The notes under the pieces: model-generated
Database searches by the model: none
Told to the model about the DNA's origin: nothing
What the model saw: only the letters and a program-made list of their open reading frames with translations
Position numbers and translations under genes: made by a program
Shown: positions 37,756 to 52,025 of the stretch, in pieces
Numbering within the stretch: position 1 is the stretch's first letter
How the letters are laid out: each line of letters begins with the position of its first letter
Source of the DNA: Octopus vulgaris
Taxonomy: Eukaryota
Assembly: GCA_951406725.2 (NCBI GenBank)
Contig: OX597814.1
Location: forward strand, 202,864,001-202,928,000
DNA length: 64,000 bases
Direction of reading: 5' to 3'

Positions 37756-38282
37756 CTCAAGTGTATGTCTTTGTTCCCTACCACTACTTGTCAACCAATG
37801 TTGGTCTCTGTAACTTAGCAGTTTGGCAAAATAAACTAGTAGAATAAGTAGCAGGCTTACAAAAAACTAGGGTTTGATTTGGACAACTAAAAGTTCCTCA
37901 ACGCAGTGCCCCAGCATAGCTGCAGTCTAATGACTGAAACAAGCAAACGAATAATTTTAAAAATTTTTAAAAAGGATACGAATGTACATATACACACACA
38001 CAGACACAGAGTTTTGGGAAATAATCTGGGTCTCCACTGCACTACTTTACTCCAGTTGCTTTAGAGAATCAATGGTACCCAGGTGTAAATATTTATTGCA
38101 AACAAATTCTGAAGAGTTTGTTAGGAAATCACATATGGAAATCTAATTCCAACTCAATCTCTGGGGAGGATAATTTACTGTGTTGTCCATGTGATACAAA
38201 TACTAAATCTTTTACAATTTGTCTGGTTAGACTCCAGTGTTTTATTCATAGGAGAAATGGGTGTGGATGTTCAGTTGTATTT

Positions 38283-38408
38283 GTCATCTTCATCGTCACC
38301 ATCATCAATATCATCGTCATCAGCTTTATTATCATTTTCATCATCGTCGTCATTATCATCATCATCATTGTCACTGTCATCATCATCATCACCGTCATCA
38401 TTATCGTT
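38283..38408. repeat. Degenerate (CAT)n trinucleotide tract
   Basis: Direct reading. Explains the poly-His/Ser/Ile/Met ORFs. Confidence 0.9.
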
Positions 38409-38799
38409 TTATGTCTGTTTTTATTTTTCGTCCCTGCATGTGTTGGACGAGACTTATTGAGACGGATTTCCATAGCTGGGTTCTCTTTCTGTTACTAATC
38501 CTTGTTTTGCAGCTAAACTGTTTCTATTCCGCAAGTCTTCACATATCAGAGCCTATAAGGTAGGAGACATAATATTTACTGCAAATGTAAATAAGGGTCA
38601 CTGTTTGAGCACAAACAGTGACAATATGAAAAACTAAACACACACACACACACACACACACACAAGGTGGGATTTATTTTTACAAATTTCATTTACGCAG
38701 CATTGGTTGGCAAGAGGCTTTAGTTGAAGTCAGTTGCACAAGATACCATGGTATGCTGTGGGATTGAAACTGGAACCGTGTAGTTGTGAAGCAAGCTTT

Positions 38800-38837
<38 letters not shown>

Positions 38838-39404
38838 GTACACATATGCATATCCTTAAATTTACAAACCATATTCAATCAACTCCCTTTATACAGCATG
38901 ATCATAAACAAACATCTTTATTAAAACAAAGAACGGAGGTTCCTTTCTTTTTTTCTTTTTTTTTATTTCCTTTTTTTTTTTTTGAAAAAAACAGGAATTC
39001 ATCTCTGCTCACTTTCTATTATCTAATTGTTGAGAAGTTATCTTTTTATGGCACTTGAGAATTCTTTTATAATTCGATTGTCTACAATAGAATGAATGAT
39101 ATCTTTGTTTCTGTTGCCTTACACAAAAATAACTGCAATTTATCATTTCACTCTCCTTTGATATTAGATAATTTGATAGACATTTCAATGCAAAAATAGA
39201 TTTTTCAATGACCTGGAACTGTACATTAAGACATTCACTAGTTTTTCTAGAAGATTCTTTGGCTACTGTCCCAGTTATAAATCTACAAACTTAACAAGTG
39301 AAAGTAGTTCCGACAATGTGCTTTTTCTTATATCCATGGTACCACAAAGGAAACCATTGAATGGTTTCATGTCAAACTACACAAACCACTGAAAGACATC
39401 AATG

Positions 39405-39447
<43 letters not shown>

Positions 39448-40134
39448 CATGTACATGTGTGTGTGTTTGTGTATATATCAATGAGCATATATATGTGTGT
39501 GTGTATATGCATATATATTTATGTATATATGTGTATACAAATATGTATGGATGTATATAGAGTACAACTTGATGTAGGAAATGGTATTTGAATTAGAATA
39601 GCTTGTAAGATGTCTAAAAAGGAAAGGAAAAAAAGAGGAAACTATTTTTAATAAATTAGTTCATTGATGAAGAAGAAAGCTTAAATTTGACTGCCTATTG
39701 TTTGTTAGTCCTGTTCTTCTCTATTTGAGCAGAACTGATAACACCAAGGTAGACAATTGAATGCCAAGGAACTAACCATATATCTTCGAGTTCTGTGTCT
39801 GGTCTAAGACTTGTAATATATTCTGTCTGTCGGGAAAAGAGATCAATGTCTGGACATGGAATGTTGTGTGGGGTTTCAGTCTTAGCAGCAACAAGAGCAT
39901 ATTGTGCTCTACACCAGAATAATCTTGTTGTAGCAACCAGAATATACAGTGATGCATAATGATATAGCAGAAAAGACTGTTGTGAGGTACCTTGTTGTAA
40001 CAACCATAGCATATTTTGGGGTACCTTGTAGCAATCAGGGCATGTAGTGGTGTGTATTATGACGGAAAAAGAATATTATTGGGTACCTTTCTGTATCATA
40101 AAGAGCATATTGCATTTATCTTAAAATATTGCAT

Positions 40135-40291
40135 AGTGGATGTATGGTAAATAGCTTGCTTACCAACCACATGATTCCGGATTCAGTCCCACTGTGCGAC
40201 GCCTTGGGCAAGTGTCTTCTACTATAGCCTTGAGCCAACCAAAGCCTTGTGAGTGGATTTGGTAGACAGAAACTGAAAGAAGCCCGTCGTA

Positions 40292-40366
<75 letters not shown>

Positions 40367-40575
40367 TTATGTGTCTGTGTTTGTCCCCACCACCATCACT
40401 TGACAACCGATGCTGGTGTGTTTACGTCCCTGTAACTATGCAGTTCGGCAGAAGAGACCTATAGAATAAGTACTAGGCTTACAAAGAATAAGTCCTGGGG
40501 TCAGTTTGCTCGGCTAAAAGGCGGTGCTCCAGCATGGCCACAGTCAAATGACTGAAACAAGTAAAAGAAAGAGAA
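40135..40575 (+). mobile_element. SINE family A with expanded (TA)n
   Basis: Collinear with the 28084 copy. Confidence 0.9.
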
Positions 40576-42814
40576 AAGGGAGTATATGTTGAAGTCATTG
40601 TTTAGCCCCAGGTCAACTTTTATCTTAAAAGATCCTTGATCAAAAGCTCTCAAACCATGGCCCATCCTGTCTTTCTAGAAGGTTCCTAAGACCACATTAT
40701 CTAATATATTCTTTCTTATTTAAATTGGTTGGGATTTGATTTGAGGAAGGCTTGGCTTCTATTTTTAGCAGTTTGAGTGATGGCACTGCAGACTCCATCA
40801 TTGGTTCAAGTCTATTCATGCATGAATTGTAATTTAGTTGAATTAACAGTATGATAATAACCTATTTAAGTGGTGAATCTAATTGGAAACCAAGATTAAA
40901 ATATTGAAAGCCTATGTATTAAAAACGCAAAGAATTTATAACCCAATAATGGTATTTTGAATATCTTTCTCCAAATTAGGATATAAAAGAAATTATTTAG
41001 TCATTAGAATTATTGATAAGATTGGGGATGAAATATCAAACAAGTTTATTATCATTTAAAGTGTAGTGACTTTTACATATTAATTTAGACAACAATATTA
41101 ATTAGAATAATCTTTGAACTGATGTCTTTGAATTAAGATTTCTTAAAAAGAAGAAAGCTGAAATAATAATTTCTAAGACAGTCTTCACAGTGCTAATTTT
41201 TAGATAGGAATGGTGGGAAGAGGTGATTTAACTGACCTTAGATTCAGTCTCACTGCACAGTACCTTGGGCAAGTGTCATTTACTACAACCCCAGGCTGAC
41301 TAATACCCTGTGAATTTAGTAGGTGAAAACTGTACAGAACCCAGTTTATGTATGTGAGTGAGTGTGTATTATGTTTACGTCTTGCACACTTTGCATGAAA
41401 ATGCACTGAGCTACAAGTGATAAAGTTTGTCATCTTTCAGTCAACAAATAATCAACTGGTTCTGTACTTTCAAAAATGAGTGGAGTAAAGTATCCCTGAC
41501 TAAGAAAAAAAAAAAAAGTAAAGGTTAGCAACAGGGAAGGTACCCTCGTGGGGTTTGAACTCAGAATGTAAAGAGCTGGAGTGAACATATAGTATTTTTA
41601 CTAAAACTCTAATTTTACTAAAATTTTAGTTCTTCTAAAAATAATGGGTAAGTTAAATGGCAGTGTTTCGGTGTCAGTGACAGCATCATTTTCTCTATCT
41701 CTTTCTCTTTCAGGCAGAAGTCCCAGTATAAAACTTTAGATTCTGTACTTTCTTGTGGCCATTGAACTTAACAAACTCCCTCCCTATCGGTTAATTACTG
41801 CCAACACAAACTAGAACTGGTTTCCTAAAATTCCACTTATTATCACATCTAATATCTAGGATAAAATATTTAGCAGTTTTTCTTTTTTTTTTTTTTATTA
41901 ATGTTTTAGGTTTAGAAATTTGAGATCAAGTGGTACTTGCTATTTTCAGATTGATTTATTAACTATATACAATATTTGAAATTTGCTTTTTTTTTAAATA
42001 CTGGATAAATTTGGAAGTAATTACCACTTCTATTTTTATCACTATGTATTTCATCAATGCTTTTAATGCCCAAGCTTGGGTCAACAGTCATTAAATAGAT
42101 TATTTTAAATTATATGTATAAATATATGTGTGTGTGTGTATTAGTGCGTACTCACTCGAACTTTTATTAAACTGCTTTTGGCTAATACATACTAACATCC
42201 TTATGTCTCCCACCTCACTTCCTTTATATATTATCCTCTTCAAAATAAATTGAAGGATTTTCTGAAATTTATGTAATTACAATTTTAATCATTCAATACA
42301 AAATGTTCAATTAGATATATATGCTGCTCCGTGTGTGTCTATGTATGTATATATATATATGTGTGTGTGTCTGTGTCCACTTATTTGTTTGTGTGTCTCT
42401 GTTCAGCTGCATGCTTATAATTCTTGAAAACTTCAATCTCTGAATGTTAGTAATTAGAGACAAAAATCCACTTGAACCTGTTGATTGACTTCACATTCTT
42501 ACTTTGAAGAATCTTCCTATCTTTGTTTGGAATCTCCAAACGAAGACAATTTAATGATTAAGGAGGGTTTGTGTGTGCTTCAGTTTTGTTAACTGCTCCA
42601 TTTTTCTTTTTCTAGTCTTTTTTTTTATGGCAATCAAAACCTAAGAAGTAATAATCTTAATAAATCTGTGATAAAAATCTCAAAATTTAACTTTGCTTAG
42701 AAATATAATTTAAAATTAAATTAAATTGCAGATTTCTGTTTGTTCATTTATTAGAAAAAATTAAAATTAGTACTCCTTTATAGAAGTTTACTTTGTATAA
42801 GTAGTAGTAGTATT

Positions 42815-42852
<38 letters not shown>

Positions 42853-45022
42853 AGAGGAGGGGTAATAATTAACCCTATATAAGGGACAAGAGAAAACAAT
42901 GATGGTAATTTTTGTCTTCTCAGCTTATTGCTCACCTTCCCAGTATTCACTTCCATCCTTAACACACTCTCTTCTATTTGCCATCACAAATCCTATTATC
43001 TCATATTTTATCTCATTTCTTATTTTTCCTTCCGTACATCTTACCCAAAACTGCTTGAGGTTTTATTTGTTCTTTATTTTTTGTGTGAGTGTTTCCCTAT
43101 TAATCTTTATATGTAGGAAGAACAAAGAAATGTGAGTTATGTATTTCCACTCAGTGCATTAAGGGCAGAGTATTAGAGTACTAATGTTGTTAAGAAATTC
43201 ATTTTGCCCTTCATATGGTTTTTAGGTTCACTCCCACTGTGCCACACCTGTGGCATCTTCTAATATAGCCCAGCATTGGCAATGCATTGTGAATGAATTT
43301 GATTGACAAAAATTGTAGAAGTCTATTGTTTGTGTATCTGTGTTGGATTGTAAGGTAAAGTTGGAAAAGGCTTGGAAGGATATGGCTATGTAGATCCAAC
43401 AGAATAAAACAGGTATCAAAGGGGTGCATAGTCAAAGAATGATGGTAAACCACTGCTCTCAAATAAACTATAAAACATTCTTCCCATGTCATTATAAAAA
43501 GAAAAAAAAAGCATTGAAGGTGGGCATTGGAGTCTGTGTCCTCCAAAGTGACATGATGGTCATGGTTGAACTCAAATCCTCCTGTAGACTACTTTACCTT
43601 TCATTCCTCTAGAAATGGTAAAAATGAAGCTGCAGTGAAACACTGAGGTTACTTTAGTTCTGTAAAGCATTGTACATGTGAATGGAAGTCTAATAGAAGA
43701 CTAAGATATTTATAGATTTGAAAATATGTTATACCATTTAACAATGGCATTAATAATTACCATCTGTAGAATGCCAAACATTTACCATGAGTAATTGTTA
43801 TGGTTTGCATAGTTGCTTCCTCAGATTAAAAAGGTAATATGTCCTGTGAGTATATCCCCTCCCTTCAGATTAACAAAAAAAAGCATTCTTTGACATAAGC
43901 TTTTACAATAGCAGTTTTGTGTGTATTTTAGTTGTTTTTTTTTTAGTTTTGTTTTTTTTCCTTTTCCATTCATTGGAATTCTTTCTTTGTAATTCTCTTT
44001 TAAATTTTACTCCTTGTAATGTCTGAGCATTTTTCTAGTGCATCTCTACCCTTAATTTCCTTTCTTGTTCAATGCACCCTAACCTTCCCTAACAACTTTG
44101 ATTTAATTACCTTATTGACAATGACTTAGTAAAGACTTGTTTAGTAGAAAACCTGTTAAGCAGCAGCAGCAGCCATCAAATTATTCTCACCATTATTGAA
44201 GAAAATAGAATATTGATGCTGTTGATGATGATGATGATGGTGGTGGAGGTGGCAACAGTGGTGTTGACAGCAACAATAGGTGTGTCATGTCAAAGCAAGG
44301 ATTTGAAGAACGCCTTTATCTAGTTTCTGAGGAATAATTATTCAGTTCTTTTCTGTTTTTCTTTTTCAAATGTAACCCCCTTAAATAAACCTTCTAACCC
44401 TCCATACCTACTTTAGTTGTCCCCTTTTCTTCGCACACACACACACACATACCTATTAACTCACTGTTCCACTCCCTCCTCTCCATGCCAACATAACCGG
44501 CATTGAATGTTCCTACTGCTTCTACTTTCGCTTCTGCAAGTAACTGTTAATTCCTTCAATTCAATTAGTTTGTGTTTTATTTTCAAACATTTTTGGCAAC
44601 AGTTTAAACACAATTAACGATGCTAAGTCTATATGAAAATATTTTGGCTTCTTAACAAATATTAATGACGTAGCAGTATTCTTGGTTACATTATCTTTAT
44701 GATGTTTATTGATCACTTCCAATTAATAGTAGATTAATATTACTGTTAACTATCAAGGCGGCAAGCTGGCAGAACCATTAGCACACTGGGAAAAGTGAGT
44801 AGCAGCATTTCGTCTGTCTTCACGTTCTGAGTTCAAATTTCACCAAAGTTGTCTTTGCCTTTCATCCTTTCAGGGTTGATAAAATATATGCTATTTGAGT
44901 ATTGGGGTAAAAGTAATTGACTTAGCCCCCCCCCCCTCAAAAACTGCCAGCTTTGTTCCAAAAATTTGAAATCGATATTGCTGTTAATTACAGAGTAGTC
45001 TTAACCCTAACCTTTTTAGTTT

Positions 45023-45357
45023 CATCATCGTCATCATGCAACATTGACTTTTCCATGCTTCAAAGGATCAGGCAAATTTTTTCGAGGTAGATTTTCTACA
45101 GCTGGATGCATTTCCTATCACCAATCCTCCCCTGTTACCAAGCAAGCTAATATTTTCCCATGGCTGAACATGTTTTCCATGGAAGACAGGAAATGAACAA
45201 CATCACTTGTATCATAGTGATGCTCACTTACAACCATCAAATGATATCAAGACACGGTTACACACAAACATATATGCATACATACACACGACGGGCTTCT
45301 TTCAAATGCCATCTACCAAATCCACTCACAAGGCTTTGGTAGGCCTGGAGCTATAGT
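45023..45357 (-). mobile_element. SINE family D: family A 5' region plus a different body and an RTE-type (GAT)n tail
   Basis: acgggcttctttc...ccactcacaaggctttgg (family A segment) is joined through (CA)n to a tail with ggatgcatttcctatcaccaa and catcatc. Related copies near 49170-49935, 57235-57655 and 62810-63410. Confidence 0.7.
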
Positions 45358-46509
45358 ATCCTATTATATAGAGATATTATTATAGAGATTGTTTTCTTTC
45401 TGATCTCATCCACATTCAGTTTCTCTTTTAGCTGAAATGGTTTTGTAATTTCCTATTAAACTGTATGTGTCCTTCCTTTATTGCAGGCATGTTAGCTCAC
45501 CTGACCACAAGGGAACCTTAATCTACCACAGTAAGTACCTTTTGTTTTGTTTTGCTGTTTTTCTTTAACATATGTGAAGGTGCATGTCCTAGTGGTTAGA
45601 TCATTGCACTCACTCATTGCTGGATCATGGGTTCAATTTCCAGTCCAGGTGGTATATTGTGTTCTCGGGCAAAACACTTCATTTCGTGTTGTTACAGTTC
45701 ACTCATCTGTAGATGGACAACCTTACAACTGGCCAGCCAGAGGAAATGCTGGGCTGCTCACCAGGCCAGTGGGTTGGCATAATTCAAAAGCTAAAACAAT
45801 GTGAAGTGCATTATGATTGGCAATGTATAACAACATCCGATAGTGTGGCTGATACCATAATTGTTTTAGCTTTGGTCAGCAAGTTCCATCTGTATGCATT
45901 TTGTCTCACTCTTTGGGCTGTGGCCATAATGGGGCATCTACCCCAGTAGCTATTTTTTAAGTTTGGTACTTATTCTATCAATGCTTTTTACTGAACTGCT
46001 AAGTTATGGGCTCATAAATGAACCAACACCTGTTATCAAACAGTGGGCAGACACACACACACACCAGGGTTCCACACAGTTTCCATCAACCAAATTCACA
46101 CACAAAGTATTGGAGCATTTGTCTATGAAGGAGTCCCTAATCTGTATACTGAAAGTGTTTAACACACTATAAATACCAGCGGCCTGTCAACGGGGATATT
46201 AGTCCACACAGTGTAATGGTATGATATAATATATGTCACATGTGGTATAATTATAAATGGCAAATTTTAGCCATCATCATCATCATCATCATCATTTAAT
46301 GTCCGCTTTCCATGCTGGTATGGGTTGGACGGTTTGACTGAGAACTAGCAAGCCAGGAGGCTGCACCAGGCTCCAGTCTGATTTGGCAAGTTTTCTTCAG
46401 CTGGATGCCCTTCCTAAAGCCAACCACTCTGAGAGTAAATGGTGCTTTTTACATGCCACTGGCATGAGAACCAGTCAGGCGGCACTGGCAACGATCACAT
46501 TCAAATGGT

Positions 46510-46625
46510 GCAGTCAGAATTTTGAATACTCCTTTATTAACACTTTTGTTTGTTAACGAACTCCTCTTGACAAGTTCGTAAATAAACAAAAGCACTAATA
46601 AAGAATTATCCAAAATTCTGACTGC
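46510..46625. repeat. 53-bp-arm inverted repeat, Penelope-like fold-back
   Basis: Arms 46510-46562 and 46573-46625 with 8 mismatches and a 10-nt loop. Confidence 0.88.
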
Positions 46626-48142
46626 CTCCTTTTTCTCAATATACAATATTTGTACACTACTTCAAACACTTTATACATATATATATTTTCAAAATGTAAC
46701 TACATGTGGCGATCTTTTTCCTCCGTCTTCCTTTTCTCTTGGACTTTCCTTTGTTTCCTGTTTCTGAAGAAGAGCATTGCTTGAAACATAAAACCACCTT
46801 TCTTTCCTTCCCTAATACTTTGCATGTACCACATCTTCACGTTGTTTTTCTTGTATTTCTCATTCCTGTTTTTTGGGGATTTTATGTACGTTTGTGTGTG
46901 AGAGAGAGAGAGAGAAAAGGTAAGTTCAAAAAGAACAATTCAAACTTTTTAGGGGATCCAAAAAGAGAGAAAAGGTCATTTCTAATAAGGATTCATCATA
47001 TTCATGAAAATCAGCCAAAATAGGTAATATGAATATGAAAATAATATTTGAGGAGATTCGTTTTAGGTATAAAAATATACCATAAACAAGTATAAAAAGA
47101 AATGGAGAGAAGATGTGGAAACAGAAATAGATTTCTTATAAAACTGGATTCAATGCATACGTACGTTTTGAAAAACAATGCTAAAATGTAAGAAAAAATT
47201 TAAATTATAGTGATTATAATTATAATTGAAAATAAAAAATTAAAATTTAGAATAAAAATAGAAGTTTAAAATTTAATTTATGCATTGTCATTCTCATCAG
47301 TGAGGAATCTTTTGAAGGACATCAAAAAAGTTTAATAAGATGAAGTAAAATGAGATAAAAATAAAATAAAATAAAAATAAGATACAATAAGAGAACACAG
47401 ATGGGGTAGTAAGGGAAATCGGGTAATTTACAAACCAAGTTGTGAACGGGAGAAATAATATCAACAATGATAATGGTGAGAGAGACGAAAAAGAAAAATA
47501 GAGAGAGAGAGATACATACACACACACACACACACATACATACATATGATGAGCTTCTTCCAGTTGTAGTCTACCAAATCCACTTCGTCAAGTTTTCTTA
47601 TTGGGTTTATAATTGTTCTTGTCAGTCTAAGGCTATGGTAGAAGACCACTTGCCCAAGGTGCTATACAGTAGGACTGAACCTTGAACCATGATGTTGCAA
47701 AGCAAACGTTTTATACAGCCACAACTAGGCCAGTTTTATATCCATAGAATATTTGTGTTTTTTTACATTTTTCTCTTTAATGAATTGCTCGGCTTTTATT
47801 AAGAGTAAAACATTGCTTTTGGAGGTGAATGACATTACAATACATTTAATCCATTTAAGAAGTTTTATATGCACACTAGTAAAGTCTTCTGTATATTAAT
47901 TGTCTAGCTGGAAACTTATAGTTCTTGCTTGTATCCATTGAATAAATTATCTGGTGGGGTGGGAGTGAAAAAGAAGCCACAGATTTGGTTAACTGTCATT
48001 CCAGGAGGAAGATGGACAAGAAAATATGAAAATAAAGCGGAGAAAACCAAATGAAATTACTGTCAGACAGTATTACATCTGTGTGTAGTTATTTGTGTTC
48101 TGATTGAATGTGTATGTGAATATATGTATATGCATGCCTGTA

Positions 48143-48195
<53 letters not shown>

Positions 48196-49288
48196 TCACA
48201 TACATATACACACATATACATATAAATACACAATATATATATGTGTATATATATATATATATATACATATAGATATATGTGTATGTATATATGTATAGGT
48301 GTATGTATGTGTATATGTATACACATATATATGTGTGTATATATATGTGTGTGAATGTATATATATATATGTATATATATGTGTGTGTATATATATAATA
48401 TATGCATACATATGTACCTCATCATGCAACAATGATAGGTACTCAATGGCAGTAGTACCATGACAAATGGCAAACTTTTTTTTTTATATATATATATAGA
48501 TGTCAGCATTGAAAGACTGGCAGTTTGTAAACATTTGTAGCATTAATTGGGCTATGGAACATTTCGTTGGTAACTTGATTGTGGCAGAATGTAGGCAGAG
48601 AAACATGTTGAGAAAGACAGACAAAAAAAAATTACTATCTCAGCGACGAAGCCAAATTTTATGAACATATTTTACCACAGAGGAAATACATTTATATTAA
48701 ACCAATTTAGTTAAAAAGAGCAGCTCTGTCTTAAGAAATTTCTAATGGAAAATACCAAGTCTGCTTATTTTGAAATAAGTACATTATTTTCCACTAGCAA
48801 GATTATCTATTTGATATTGTTATTGAGTTTATTGTTGTTCTTGTTATTTTTGTTATTTTGTTGTTGTTATTCAATATAAAAAGAAAACAGCAAAAATATG
48901 TGTAAGAAATAAACGAACAATTCCGAGATATTCTCCAATACTAAAACCAAATTTATTGGCAGCAGTTACAACAAATATGTGTTTGACATAGGTGTTATAT
49001 AGCTTTGATTTAAAGAATAACACATTTTCTGTACTAACACACACAAAAAAAAAAAGAAGAAAATTCTGGTTTATATTAAAGAAAAACAGATGCTCTTAAA
49101 TCACTTCCTACACAACAATGGAACTGTAAAGTTTTAAGACAATTCACTGAAATAGGAAATTATTACTATCTTCATCTTTATTTTAACGTCCATTTTTCCT
49201 TGCATGCAAGGGTCAGACAGAATTTTGTTGAGGTGGATTTTCTATGACCAGTTGCCCTTCCTAACACCAACCCTCACCTACATCTAAA

Positions 49289-49638
49289 TCTCTATATATA
49301 AACGGAAAAATGTCTGTGTGCATGTCCTTTATACAAATCCACAATTTTTCAGTTAGAGGGCTCGTACTTTCTATGGTCGTTCAAAACCGTCCAAGGGTGG
49401 TCGTGCGCATCTTTACATTTCCCCAGTCACCCCGCAAAGCCATTAAAAAATCAATAGAAGTGACTTTTTTTGTGAATTTTCTATCCAAAACCCAATCAAA
49501 ATGCCCGAAACTTGATACGCCAATTGAATGCCAGCTAGCTGTATGTGATTGGTCAGAGATTTGGACAGTACTCGCGTGTATGTGCGCATGCATGCAGCTG
49601 TATATGCATGCACTAGCACTATGACCCGGCAACGCTAG
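49289..49638 (+). mobile_element. Non-autonomous Helitron (350 bp) nested in a family D SINE
   Basis: A|TCTCTATATATAAAC...GACCCGGCAACGCTAG|T. Removing it restores the host SINE sequence ccctcacc...taaggtaatatttcc. Confidence 0.85.
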
Positions 49639-51634
49639 TAAGGTAATATTTCCTCTGGCCAGACACACTTTAACAAAAGCCAGAAACTAAGGACAGCACT
49701 TGTCTAATGGTAACACTTATTCACAATTATCATGTGGTATCAAAGTAAGGAGAGAGTAACACACACACACACACACAAACGATGGCTTCTTTCAGTTTCT
49801 GTCTATCAACCCATTCACAGGGCTTTGGTATGCCTGAGGCTATAGATGATACATGCCCAAGGTACCATGCTGTAGGGCTGAACCTGAGACCATGTGGTTC
49901 AAAAGCAGACTTCTCACCACACAGCTGAGCTTGTGCCTACAGGTGTACCTATATTTATGTGTTCAAGTTCTGTTAGAATAATTATCATAATTTTAACAGC
50001 TACTCTTTCATACTTCTATGAATCTGACAAGGCTACAACAGGACAGAGTTTTCTATGATCGGATAACATTCTTGACAGCAGCACTCACTTGTTTCCAGAC
50101 AGGGTAAAACTCCCCAAGTCTATCAAACAAACAACGTAATTACAAGCAGGACAAGCTGTACCATATGAATGCACCTCTGTTTATAAAGACCATTCAACTT
50201 GTGAAGAAGCCCAGACATGCGGAAACATATTTGAGCTTCTTGACTGCAATGTGGATTGAAACCATACTACATTGCCTGTATGAACAGTGATACTTTTGTT
50301 TACAATCAGTAAGCACACATGGGGATGAGAGGGAAAGTCTAAACACATTTACACAAAGATACACTTGCACACTCATACACACATATACACTTACACACGC
50401 ACACATATGCGATAGTATTCCTAAGATTCCATTCGACAGTTTCACTGAGTGGGTATAGATTGATCTGCAGCTATAGTGTAGGAGGCCAGCCAACTGTGTC
50501 CACATGGTGGCACCAAGTGCCTAATCATGTGATTCCAAGATGAAGTTCTTAACCACACACCCATGCTTGTGCCTAATCATCATCACCGTCATTACCATTT
50601 AACGTCCATTTCCATACTGGCAGGGGTTGGACAGTTTGACAAAATTTGGCAAGCCAGAGAGCTGCACTTGGCTCCATTTGTTTGATTTCACATGGTTTCT
50701 ACAGTTGGATGTCCTTCCTAATGCCAACCACTTTACAGAGGTTAGTGGCTGCTTTTTACGTGATACCAGTGCCAGTGCTTTATTTGTGACACTAGCATGG
50801 GTGCCTTACATATGGCACCAGCAGAGGTGCTTTATTCATGGCACCTGCATGAGCACTTTTTATATGGCACTAGCACCCATGAGCTAACAAGACAAGGGCC
50901 TCTCAGCTGAGAGAGAGTAGAACTGAGAGTCTAGAGTATGGTAGAGGGAGAGCGTATACTTGGCTACCTTAGTAGGACAAGCAAGGTGGGAGAGAGTTAG
51001 AGAGAGATAAAGAGACAGTCAGAGTGAGAACGGGCCCGCCAACAGGGAGCAGCTGGGGTTGTATAAGTAGCACAGAGTAGTACTAGACCTGTCTAAAAAT
51101 GACATCAGTATAAAATGTAGTAACAATCTCTAAAAACTAAAGTTACAAGTGACCAGACAAGCAAAACCCAATTTCTAAGAGCAATTATCAAATAGCAGAT
51201 TTTTAAACTTGATGTTTTGAAAGGCTAAAAGTCAAAGAGAAGCAATCATGAAATTTTTGCAGGAAAATTCAACTCCTGATAATGAGCAGCTCAAACTCCC
51301 CAGCTCTTTAGACAACTAACCCAAACTTGACCACCAACAGACTGAATAAACACCTGCTCAATCTGATTGGCTTTTTTTAAATGAGACAGATTGCAACTCT
51401 TCCTTCTCAGGCTGGGAAAATTTTAGTCAAATGAATTGACCCCTAGTAATTTTTTTTATTATTTTGAAGCCTGGGACTTATTCAATGGTCCTTTTCAACC
51501 CACTGTGTTATGGGGACATAAACACACCAACACCAGTTGTCAAGCTGTGGTAAACACAGACATAAAGACACACACATATATATATACACACACACACACA
51601 CACTCATATATGCATATATATGTGTGTGTGTGTG

Positions 51635-52025
51635 AGGTTGTGTGGTAAGTAGTTTGCTTCCCAACCACATAGTTCTGGGTTCAGTCCCACCGCGTGGCAC
51701 CTTGGGCAAGTGTCTTTTACTATAGCCTCGGGCCAGCCAAAGCCTTGTGAGTGGATTTGGTAGATGGAAACTGAAAGAATCCCGTTGTGTGTATATATAT
51801 ATATGTATGTATGTATATGTTTGTGTGTCTGTGTTTGTCCCCTCCCCCCAACATCGCTTGACAACTGATGCTGGTGTGTTTACGTCCCCGTTACTTAGCG
51901 GTTCAGCAAGAGGGACCAATAGAATAAGTACTTGGCTTACAAAGAATAAGTCCTGGGGTCAATTTGCACGACTAAAGGCAGTGCTCCAGCATGGCCACAG
52001 TCAAATGACTGAAACAAATAGAGAA
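51635..52025 (+). mobile_element. SINE family A nested in an older antiparallel family A copy
   Basis: Full + copy. The minus-strand tail lies at about 51420-51600 and the minus-strand head portion at about 52057-52172. Confidence 0.85.

Noticed and set aside
38118-38563. His/Ser/Ile-rich ORFs
   Set aside because: Degenerate (CAT)n tract.
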